DNA of 56,968 nt, taken from NCBI GenBank assembly GCA_016933815.1, contig JAFGAF010000517.1:1-56968 (forward strand), in the 5' to 3' direction. Below are positions 49,723 to 56,968 of the stretch, piece after piece. The notes beneath the pieces are model-generated. The model saw only the letters and a program-made list of their open reading frames with translations. It searched no databases and was not told the origin of the DNA. How positions within the stretch are numbered: position 1 is the stretch's first letter; each line of letters begins with the position of its first letter. Source of the stretch: Prolixibacteraceae bacterium. Lineage in GTDB: Bacteria; Bacteroidota; Bacteroidia; Bacteroidales; Prolixibacteraceae. Position numbers and translations under genes: made by a program.

Positions 49723-49772
49723 AAAAGCGTTGTTTAGTAAAAACAAAAACACACTTATTAAATGTAAATATT

Positions 49773-51476
49773 ATGGCTGAAAACATTACAGGATCTGAAG
49801 CATTGATCCGTTCATTAATAGAAGAAGGCGTTGAAACAATTTTTGGTTATCCGGGCGGAGCAATAATGCCCGTTTACGATGCCCTGTATGATCATCGCGA
49901 TACTATTCACCATGTGTTAACCCGTCACGAACAAGGAGCAGCACATGCAGCACAGGGTTTTGCCAGGGTTTCGGGCAAAGTTGGCGTATGTATTGCCACT
50001 TCGGGCCCCGGAGCCACCAACCTCATTACCGGCATTACCGATGCAATGATTGATTCTACTCCAATGGTTTGCATTACCGGTCAGGTTGCATCACCCCTTT
50101 TGGGAACCGATGCTTTTCAGGAATCGGACATAGTTGGCATGAGTATGCCCATTACCAAATGGAATTACCAAATTACTTCGGCCGACGAAATTCCCGAAGT
50201 AATGGCAAAAGCTTTTTACATTGCCCGCAGTGGCAGGCCCGGCCCGGTTTTGATCGATATTGCCAAAGATGCCCAATTTGCAATGATCGATTTTAAATAC
50301 GAGAAATGCACAAAAATTAGAAGCTATGTGCCTTATCAGGCTATCGATATGGCTCAGGTTGAAGCAGCTGCCGAAGCTATTAACAACGCCAAAAAACCAT
50401 TCTTAATGTTCGGCCAAGGCATTATACTTTCGCAAGCCGAAGAAGAACTTAGAATATTTTTGGAAAAAACCGGCATACCGGCAGCATGGACTATTTTAGG
50501 AAACAGCGCTTTGCCGTCGGATCATCCGCTTAACGTTGGCATGTTGGGCATGCACGGCAATTACGGCCCCAACCTGTTAACCAACGAATGCGATTTGCTT
50601 ATTGGCATTGGCATGCGTTTCGACGACAGGGTTACAGGCAAGCTTAGTGCCTATGCAAAGCAAGCCGAGATAATGCACATTGAAGTTGATCCGGCCGAAA
50701 TAAACAAAATTGTTGACACCAAATACCCGGTGATAGGCGACGCTAAAAAGGTGCTGAAAAAGCTTATTCCATTGGTAAATGAAAAAGAGCACACCAATTG
50801 GCTTCAAAAATTTAAAGATTGCTACGAAATTGAATTCAACAAAGTAATCAAAAACGATATTTATCGAAACAACGGAAAAATATCGATGGGCGAAGTTATT
50901 CGTATTACATCAGAAAAAACCAATGCCGAAGCAGTTTGTGTTACCGATGTTGGACAGCACCAAATGATTGCTGCTCGTTATTTCAAGTTTAAACATACAC
51001 GCAGCTTGGTTACTTCGGGCGGTTTAGGTACCATGGGATTTGGATTACCCGCAGCTGTTGGCGCACAAATGGGAGCTCCTAACCGTACTGTTGTTACTTT
51101 TATTGGCGACGGTGGTTTTCAAATGACCATGCAAGAACTTGGGACCATTGCTCAAGAAAAAATTCCTGTTAAAGTTATCATTCTGAACAATAATTTTTTA
51201 GGCATGGTTAGGCAATGGCAAGAATTATTTTTCGATAAACGATATTCTTTTACCGAATTGCACAACCCCGACTTCATTAAACTTGCAGGAGCCTTTGACA
51301 TTCCGGCTAAAAAAGTAGTAAAAGGTACCGAGTTGGAAAGTGCAATCGACGAAATGCTGAAAACCGACGGACCTTACCTGCTCGAAATTGTAGTCGAAAA
51401 AGAGGACAACGTATTTCCAATGGTACCAACAGGAGCAAGTGTTTCTGAAATAATACTTGAGAAACCCGGTTCATAA
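49773..51476 (+). CDS. ilvB: Acetolactate synthase large subunit
   Basis: GYPGGA, RHEQGA, TSGPGATN, GMLGMHG, DVGQHQM, GDGGFQM. Confidence 0.97.
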   Translation: MAENITGSEALIRSLIEEGVETIFGYPGGAIMPVYDALYDHRDTIHHVLTRHEQGAAHAAQGFARVSGKVGVCIATSGPGATNLITGITDAMIDSTPMVCITGQVASPLLGTDAFQESDIVGMSMPITKWNYQITSADEIPEVMAKAFYIARSGRPGPVLIDIAKDAQFAMIDFKYEKCTKIRSYVPYQAIDMAQVEAAAEAINNAKKPFLMFGQGIILSQAEEELRIFLEKTGIPAAWTILGNSALPSDHPLNVGMLGMHGNYGPNLLTNECDLLIGIGMRFDDRVTGKLSAYAKQAEIMHIEVDPAEINKIVDTKYPVIGDAKKVLKKLIPLVNEKEHTNWLQKFKDCYEIEFNKVIKNDIYRNNGKISMGEVIRITSEKTNAEAVCVTDVGQHQMIAARYFKFKHTRSLVTSGGLGTMGFGLPAAVGAQMGAPNRTVVTFIGDGGFQMTMQELGTIAQEKIPVKVIILNNNFLGMVRQWQELFFDKRYSFTELHNPDFIKLAGAFDIPAKKVVKGTELESAIDEMLKTDGPYLLEIVVEKEDNVFPMVPTGASVSEIILEKPGS

Positions 51477-51515
51477 GAAGTTAAAACAGCATGTAAACAT
51501 TAAATTGATACAATT

Positions 51516-52061
51516 ATGAAACAAGAATATAATATTATTGCGTTTAGCGAAAACCATATTGGCTTGTTAAACCGGCTTACCAATGTTTTTACCCGTCGCA
51601 AGGTAAATATCGAAAGTCTTACCGTTTCGGCATCGGCCATTAAAGGAATCAGTAAATTCACCATTGTAATACACTCAACCAAAGAGCAAGTTTCGAAAAT
51701 TGTACAGCAAATTGAGAAGCAAATTGATGTTCTGAAAGCCTTTTACCATACCAACGACGAAATTATTTATCAGGAACTGGCTTTGTACAAAGTATCGACC
51801 GATGCGCTTACCGAAGGCAACCAAATAGAAACATTGGTACGTAAGCACAATGCCCGTATTTTGGAAATTACAAAAGATTATACTGTAATAGAAAAAACAG
51901 GGCATAATGATGAGACACAAGCTTTTTTCGATGAGCTCAACCAATTCGAAGTAATGCAGTTTATACGTACCGGCAGGGTGGCAATTACACGCTCAACGGT
52001 TGAAAGGTTATCGAACTTCTTAAAAGAACGCGACCAATACAATTCAGAAACAGACAATTAG
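51516..52061 (+). CDS. ilvN: Acetolactate synthase small subunit
   Basis: ACT domain ENHIGLLNRL..FTRRKVNIESL; RTGRVA. Confidence 0.95.
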   Translation: MKQEYNIIAFSENHIGLLNRLTNVFTRRKVNIESLTVSASAIKGISKFTIVIHSTKEQVSKIVQQIEKQIDVLKAFYHTNDEIIYQELALYKVSTDALTEGNQIETLVRKHNARILEITKDYTVIEKTGHNDETQAFFDELNQFEVMQFIRTGRVAITRSTVERLSNFLKERDQYNSETDN

Positions 52062-52082
52062 ATGTTTTTTTCAAATATCATT

Positions 52083-52114
52083 AAAAAAACCTGCCTAAAA
52101 GCGCAGGTTTTTTT
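52083..52114 (+). terminator. ilv operon terminator
   Basis: AAAAAAACCTGC...GCAGGTTTTTTT. Confidence 0.8.
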
Positions 52115-52125
52115 ATGATGAATAT

Positions 52126-52133
52126 TATTTTTG
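52126..52133 (+). promoter_or_regulatory. Bacteroidota -7 promoter element for tRNA-Gln
   Basis: TATTTTTG (TAnnTTTG) 9 nt upstream of the tRNA 5' end. Confidence 0.6.
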
Positions 52134-52142
52134 CAGCGCAAT

Positions 52143-52215
52143 TGTCCCGTGGTGTAACTGGCAACACGTCTGATTTTGGTTCAGAAGAGTCTAGGTTCGA
52201 GCCCTAGCGGGACAA
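52143..52215 (+). tRNA. tRNA-Gln(TTG)
   Basis: Acceptor TGTCCCG/CGGGACA, anticodon arm TCTGA-TTTTGGT-TCAGA, T-arm CTAGG-TTCGAGC-CCTAG; CCA not encoded. Confidence 0.96.
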
Positions 52216-52216
52216 C

Positions 52217-52252
52217 AAAAAAACAGGCCGATGAATTTCGACCTGTTTTTTT
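52217..52252. terminator. Bidirectional terminator between tRNA-Gln and ctpA
   Basis: A7-CAGG(C)CGA...TCG(A)CCTG-T7. Confidence 0.8.
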
Positions 52253-52275
52253 ATTTCAACACTCTATGTTTCTCC

Positions 52276-53931
52276 TTACTTTTTAGATACAGTTAAAATA
52301 GCATCGTACATTGCTTTATCGTTAAGCACTTCAATCGCTTTTTCAATAACTTTATCATCGTTTAACGATGCTTGCGCACTCCCCTTTTGATAATAATAGC
52401 GCGACACAATTTCACTTTTCAACAACATTGAAATTTCGTCTTTAAAAGCACGTAAATCGCGGTCAAGATCGAGTTGAAGGCTTTTTTCCAAAGTTTGGAA
52501 ACTTTCAGCGGCCAAATCGAAATATTTTTCTTCTTCGGCTATTTCAATCAATTCTTTTAGCTTTTTCTGAGTTTCCGACTCATATTCAAATGGCGCCCCT
52601 TCAACAAACTGAATGAATTCTTCGTATTGCTCGTCGCTGAGTTCAAATTGATCGGGAGCAACAATTTCAGCATTCTTTTGATTGAACAATGTTGCAAAAT
52701 CGAATATCCTGAACTGTTGCAGTAGGCTAACCGAAAGACTGCTCAACTCATCGGGTTCAACAACAATATCGGGGTTAATGCCTCCGCCATCGTAAACCTT
52801 ACGTCCGGCTCGGGTAGAAAATTCACTAATCAACGAATCGGGTATTGTACCAACACTGCCGTCTTCGTTTCGATGCGAGTAATCGAGAGCCTGTATGCAC
52901 CTTCCGCTAGGTATGTAGTACTTTGCCGTAGTTACTTTTAATTTCGAGTTATAACTCAAATCGCGGGTAGTTTGTACCAATCCCTTTCCAAAAGTACGCG
53001 TACCAATAACAACACCCCTGTCGAGGTCTTGTATGGTGCCCGAAACAATTTCGGATGCCGAAGCCGATCCTCTGTTAACCAATACCACCAGTGGAATTTC
53101 GGTATCGACAGGATTACCGGTTGTGCTGTAAGTTTTATCCCACTGTGTAACCTTACCCTTTGTGCTAACTACCTCCTGATCTTTATCTATAAATAAGTTA
53201 CAAAGGTTGACCGATTCAACTAAAAGCCCGCCCGGATTGCCACGTAAATCGAGAATCAAATTCTCAGCCCCTTGGGTTTCCTTAAGTTCAAGCATCGATT
53301 TTTTTACCTTTTCGGCACAATCTTTAGTAAAGTTGCCCAAACGAATATAACCGGTTGTATTGTTGAGCATACCATAATAACTTATTGGATCGATGGTTAT
53401 TTTTTCGCGAACAACATCGAATATAAGCGGCTTTTTTTGCCCCGGGCGTTGCACCTTTATTTTAACTTCCTGTCCGGCCGATCCTTTTAATAAATTACTC
53501 ACATCTTCGGTGGTCATGTTTTCAACCGCCTTACCTGAAACCTCCATAAACACATCGCCGGCTTTTAACCCTGCTTTTTGTGCAGGAAACCCATCGTAAG
53601 GTTCCGAAACCACAATGTTTTCGCCATGTTTCGATATCAGAGCACCAATTCCGCCATATTCGCCGGTGGTCATAAATCGGTAATCTTCAATATCGTTTTC
53701 GGGAATATAAGATGTGTAAGGATCGAGGTTGGTTAACATTTCATCGATACTTTCTTTTACCAATTTTGAAGCATCAATTTCATCAACATAAAAGGTATTC
53801 AACTCTCTGAACAACGAATAATAAATATCGAGGTTTTTGGCAATTTCAAAATTTTTATCATCGGCATTTGGTTGAGCCAGTAAAAGCAGTGAGCTTAAAA
53901 CAAATACCAAAACATTAATGATTCTCTTCAT
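52276..53931 (-). CDS. ctpA: S41A C-terminal processing peptidase
   Basis: LDPYT, PDZ domain, ILDLRGNPGG, SASASEIVSG, FGKGLVQ; signal peptide from ATG 53931. Confidence 0.93.
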   Translation of the reverse strand: MKRIINVLVFVLSSLLLLAQPNADDKNFEIAKNLDIYYSLFRELNTFYVDEIDASKLVKESIDEMLTNLDPYTSYIPENDIEDYRFMTTGEYGGIGALISKHGENIVVSEPYDGFPAQKAGLKAGDVFMEVSGKAVENMTTEDVSNLLKGSAGQEVKIKVQRPGQKKPLIFDVVREKITIDPISYYGMLNNTTGYIRLGNFTKDCAEKVKKSMLELKETQGAENLILDLRGNPGGLLVESVNLCNLFIDKDQEVVSTKGKVTQWDKTYSTTGNPVDTEIPLVVLVNRGSASASEIVSGTIQDLDRGVVIGTRTFGKGLVQTTRDLSYNSKLKVTTAKYYIPSGRCIQALDYSHRNEDGSVGTIPDSLISEFSTRAGRKVYDGGGINPDIVVEPDELSSLSVSLLQQFRIFDFATLFNQKNAEIVAPDQFELSDEQYEEFIQFVEGAPFEYESETQKKLKELIEIAEEEKYFDLAAESFQTLEKSLQLDLDRDLRAFKDEISMLLKSEIVSRYYYQKGSAQASLNDDKVIEKAIEVLNDKAMYDAILTVSKK

Positions 53932-54153
53932 TCTGCTATAATTTTCAATTAGTTTCAAATAATTAACTTGTCTTTTTTCTTCAAAAAACAAAAATAACAA
54001 TTCGATCCGATAGCCTATTTAAAAAAGTCTTAAAGTTTGTTATAGCGCTTGTATTTTCTGATTTTAGGCACATTTTTGATACATTTGCCAAAAGGTTTTC
54101 GAAACACATTAATCGGCTCAGCATTTTACTGATGCAATTAAACTCTTAAACAA

Positions 54154-55116
54154 ATGAAGAAAATTTTGGTTACCGGTTGTGCCGGATTTATCGGTTCGCA
54201 CTTGTGTGAAAAATTATTGGCTTTGGGCTATCATGTAAGCGGTATCGACAATTTCGATCCCTTTTACGACCCCGCCATTAAACATAAAAACCTTTCGAAT
54301 TTCATCAAGCATCCGAATTTCGAATTCGTTGAGACCGATTTGGCGGATAAAATAGAGTTGGAAAAAAAATTCTCTGCAAATATCGACCTTATTGTACATT
54401 TAGCAGCCAAAGCTGGTGTTCGCCCTTCCATTGAAGATCCGTCGGGCTATATAAAGGCCAATATTATTGCCACTCAAAACGTGCTCGATATGATGAAAGA
54501 GCGGAATATAAAAAAAATGGCTTTTGCCTCGTCGTCGTCGGTTTATGGCAACACCAAAGAAACGCCCTTTAGCGAGGAAATGGATGTTTCGAACCCCATT
54601 TCGCCTTACGCGGCCACCAAAAAAGCTTGCGAGCTCATCAACTATACCTACCACCACCTGTACCAACTTGACATTATCAATATGCGCTTTTTTACGGTAT
54701 TTGGCCCGCGCCAACGCCCCGATTTGGCCATTCATAAATTCACCAAACTGATACGAAGCGGTAAACCTGTAACCCTTTTTGGCGATGGCACAACCGCCCG
54801 CGATTATACCTATATTGACGATACTTTAGCCGGCATTACCGGAGCCATTGATTATTTGTTTGAACATGATAATGTATTCGAAACCGTGAATCTGGGTAAT
54901 AACCAGCCTGTTGGCTTAAAAAAGATGGTACAGACCATTTACAATGCCATTGGCCAACAACCCAATTTAAAGTATGCTCCCATGCAACCTGGCGATGTGG
55001 ACATTACCTTTGCCGACATCACCAAGGCCAATAAATTGTTTGCTTATCAACCCACTTACAGTTTTGAGGAGGGCGTTAAAAAATTTGTGGAGTGGTACGA
55101 CGAAACGATGAAGTAA
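54154..55116 (+). CDS. NAD-dependent epimerase (UDP-glucuronate 4-epimerase-like)
   Basis: TGCAGFIG, HLAAKAGVRPS, SSSSVYG, YAATKK, RFFTVFGPRQRPD, QPGDV. Confidence 0.9.
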   Translation: MKKILVTGCAGFIGSHLCEKLLALGYHVSGIDNFDPFYDPAIKHKNLSNFIKHPNFEFVETDLADKIELEKKFSANIDLIVHLAAKAGVRPSIEDPSGYIKANIIATQNVLDMMKERNIKKMAFASSSSVYGNTKETPFSEEMDVSNPISPYAATKKACELINYTYHHLYQLDIINMRFFTVFGPRQRPDLAIHKFTKLIRSGKPVTLFGDGTTARDYTYIDDTLAGITGAIDYLFEHDNVFETVNLGNNQPVGLKKMVQTIYNAIGQQPNLKYAPMQPGDVDITFADITKANKLFAYQPTYSFEEGVKKFVEWYDETMK

Positions 55117-55152
55117 TCACAAAAAAAAATAAAAAATAAAACCTAATTTCTA

Positions 55153-56448
55153 TTAAAAATATTCAGGCAAAAGATATAAAGGCATATTCACCAGCCAACT
55201 TTCATGATGATAATTAGTTAAGGATGTACGAATGGCTGTACCGGGCTTAAACTTATCACAAAACAGTTTGAAACTACGAGCTTTAAGATTTTCACCTGAT
55301 TTTACCTCAATTGGAATAATTTCATCATTTTCATTCTGAATAATAAAATCAATCTCAAATTTGCTATTATCAAAAGTAAAATAATGAATCACCAATTCAT
55401 CATTTTGTTGTAAGTGCTGGAAAACAAACTGTTCGCTTAAGGCACCTTTAAATTCTGTAAAAACAGCATCACCATTAAGTAAAGTTCTTGCATTTAGTTT
55501 TGTCATTGCACTAAGAAGACCAATATCGTTATGATATAATTTAAAAGCCGATATTTCTTTATACGCAGTTAGCGGTAATGAAGGTTTAGAAACATTGTAA
55601 ACCTTATGCAATAATCCGGAATCGACAAGCCATTGAATAGCCAGCTCAAAATCTTTTGCCCGTGCACCTTCTTTAATTACTCCATAAATAAACTTTTTAT
55701 TTTCTTTTGCCAGTTGTGCCGGTATGCTTTCCCAAACCATATTGATACGAGGCAGAATTTCTTTTGGTGCATGTTTTGAAAAATCATTTTCGTATGCTTT
55801 CAATATATTGTTTTGAATTTTACGAACTTCTTTCCAATCTCTGTTTTGAGAAAAACGTAATACCGCTTCGGGCATACCCCCTATAAAAAAATAATATCGT
55901 AGGTAGTTGATAAGTTTAGATTTGAATGTATTAAGTAACTCCCACTCCTTTTTAAGCATTAGTTCAACAAGCTCCGCTTCTTCCATCGCTAGCAAAAATT
56001 CAGTGAAACTAAGTGGTTGAAGTGATAAAAATTCCACTTTCCCTACAGGGAAGGATTCATTGGGGTGAATATTTATTCCCAACAATGAACCTGCAGCAAT
56101 AATTTGATAATGAGGTGCTTTTTCGTAAAAATATTTAAGTGCAGTAATACCACGAACTGCAGTTTGTATTTCATCGAAAACAAGTAATGTATCCTCAGCC
56201 GTTATTTTTAACCCAGCAAATGCATTCAACAATGTTATGATACGGTCTATATGGAAATCTGATTTAAAAATATCTTTAGGAGCAGCTTCATCTTCAAAAT
56301 TTACATACACCATTTTCTTATATTGTGTTCTCCCAAATTCCTTTATAAGCCATGTCTTTCCTACTTGTCGTGCACCAAAAAACACAAGTGGTTTTTTATT
56401 TTTATTTAATTTCCAGGCTATTAATTCTTTAATTTTTGTTCTGTACAT
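55153..56448 (-). CDS. AAA_14 + DUF4143 ATP-binding protein with C-terminal PD-(D/E)XK-like motif
   Basis: GARQVGKT, FDEIQ, GGMPE, KLYHNDIGLL, EIDFI...IPIEVKS; probable start ATG 56448. Confidence 0.9.
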   Translation of the reverse strand: MYRTKIKELIAWKLNKNKKPLVFFGARQVGKTWLIKEFGRTQYKKMVYVNFEDEAAPKDIFKSDFHIDRIITLLNAFAGLKITAEDTLLVFDEIQTAVRGITALKYFYEKAPHYQIIAAGSLLGINIHPNESFPVGKVEFLSLQPLSFTEFLLAMEEAELVELMLKKEWELLNTFKSKLINYLRYYFFIGGMPEAVLRFSQNRDWKEVRKIQNNILKAYENDFSKHAPKEILPRINMVWESIPAQLAKENKKFIYGVIKEGARAKDFELAIQWLVDSGLLHKVYNVSKPSLPLTAYKEISAFKLYHNDIGLLSAMTKLNARTLLNGDAVFTEFKGALSEQFVFQHLQQNDELVIHYFTFDNSKFEIDFIIQNENDEIIPIEVKSGENLKARSFKLFCDKFKPGTAIRTSLTNYHHESWLVNMPLYLLPEYF

Positions 56449-56475
56449 AGTTTCATGGTTAATACCGCTCTTAAT

Positions 56476-56553
56476 TACACTTTTCTCCACAACCAACTCA
56501 AGCAAATATACACTTTTCTCTCAATAAATGTGTGCAAATATTACACTTTTCTC
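56476..56553. repeat. Three TACACTTTTCTC direct repeats with exact 33-bp period
   Basis: Copies start at 56476, 56509, 56542; copies 2 and 3 are preceded by GCAAATA(T). Confidence 0.85.
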
Positions 56554-56639
56554 CATTCACCATACAAATCATGATTACAAATTACCTTAAAAGCTTGAGC
56601 AGGACAACACAAAATTTATACAATCAATATCTTATCACC

Positions 56640-56679
56640 AAAAAAGCACTGTCGGAACAATATCCGACAGCGCTTTTTT
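56640..56679. terminator. Terminator downstream of the minus-strand gene remnant
   Basis: AAAAAAGC(A)CTGTCGGA...TCCGACAG(C)GCTTTTTT. Confidence 0.75.
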
Positions 56680-56707
56680 AAATGTAAATGAAAATCTTTG
56701 TTTCTAC

Positions 56708-56782
56708 CTATTTATTTCTTCTTTTCATCAATTGCCTAATACCAAAACCGGCCATGCCCAAAAGCGATAGAACTGCCCCACC
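56708..56782 (-). pseudogene. 3' remnant encoding a membrane-anchor/sorting tail (GGAVLSLLGMAGFGIRQLMKRRNK*, PID-CTERM-like)
   Basis: GG + hydrophobic stretch + basic cluster + stop, followed by a terminator; in-frame stop two codons upstream. Confidence 0.45.
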
Positions 56783-56805
56783 ATATCATCACAATTAAAT
56801 GCAAA

Positions 56806-56904
56806 AAAACAGGCAAAGCTAAAGCCATTAGGTTTTCGACCCTCGATGCCATTTGCAAAGAACTCGACTGTCAACCCGGCGATATTTTAGCTTGGGAACA
56901 CTAA
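56806..56904 (+). pseudogene. C-terminal half of a YozG-like Cro/C1 HTH regulator
   Basis: KTGKAKAIRFSTLDAICKELDCQPGDILAWEH*; no in-frame ATG before the upstream TAA at 56737. Confidence 0.8.
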
Positions 56905-56931
56905 AAGGATAAAAGGATTTCAATAAAACAC

Positions 56932-56966
56932 AAAAAAAGCTGCCCCAAAAATATGAGACAGCCTTT
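56932..56966. terminator. Terminator-like hairpin at the window end
   Basis: AAAGCTGCCCCA...TGAGACAGCCTTT imperfect inverted repeat with A run. Confidence 0.5.
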
Positions 56967-56968
56967 AA

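Noticed and set aside
47902-52114. Absence of ilvC from the ilv operon
   Set aside because: A terminator follows ilvN, but ilvC can simply lie elsewhere; this cannot be judged from the window.
52143-52215. tRNA-Gln as an integration site
   Set aside because: No integrase, and I found no duplicated tRNA 3' end; the flanks are housekeeping genes.
56476-56553. Periodic repeats read as a mini CRISPR array
   Set aside because: Repeat is only 12 nt with 21-nt spacers, is not palindromic, and no cas genes are in the window.

Overview
Bacteroidota-type chromosomal window (AT-rich, TAnnTTTG promoters, hybrid two-component system, UpxY, conserved sigma54-activator/lptE/secG cluster). Left to right it holds padR, tex, an orphan upxY plus patatin, and a SusC/D-less beta-mannan locus (GH130, 2-epimerase, GPH symporter, GH26, HTCS). 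A DEAD-box helicase, a ~16 kb minus-strand transport operon with a divergent membrane LytTR regulator, housekeeping genes (mnmD, two FKBPs, secG, lptE, iorAB, ilvD-ilvB-ilvN, tRNA-Gln, ctpA) and a scarred right end follow. The standout is the 15887-31843 operon. It encodes a tripartite RND pump (TolC, MFP, two RND subunits) and a heterodimeric ABC-2 set (two permeases, two ATPases), with one ATPase fused to the C-terminus of an RND subunit. That fused ATPase is split by a ~178-aa, ~4-TM insertion. Both RND subunits carry D/N/N in place of the AcrB D407/D408/K940 proton-relay triad, and one permease carries a catalytically dead M1-peptidase-like ectodomain. This suggests a physically coupled ABC-RND export machine; function is inferred and not checked against databases. 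Other notable elements: a Val/Ile/Leu-rich leader-peptide attenuator before ilvD, LytTR-type direct repeats with a structured terminated leader RNA, 33-bp-period repeats before an AAA_14/DUF4143 gene, and a deletion scar joining two gene remnants.
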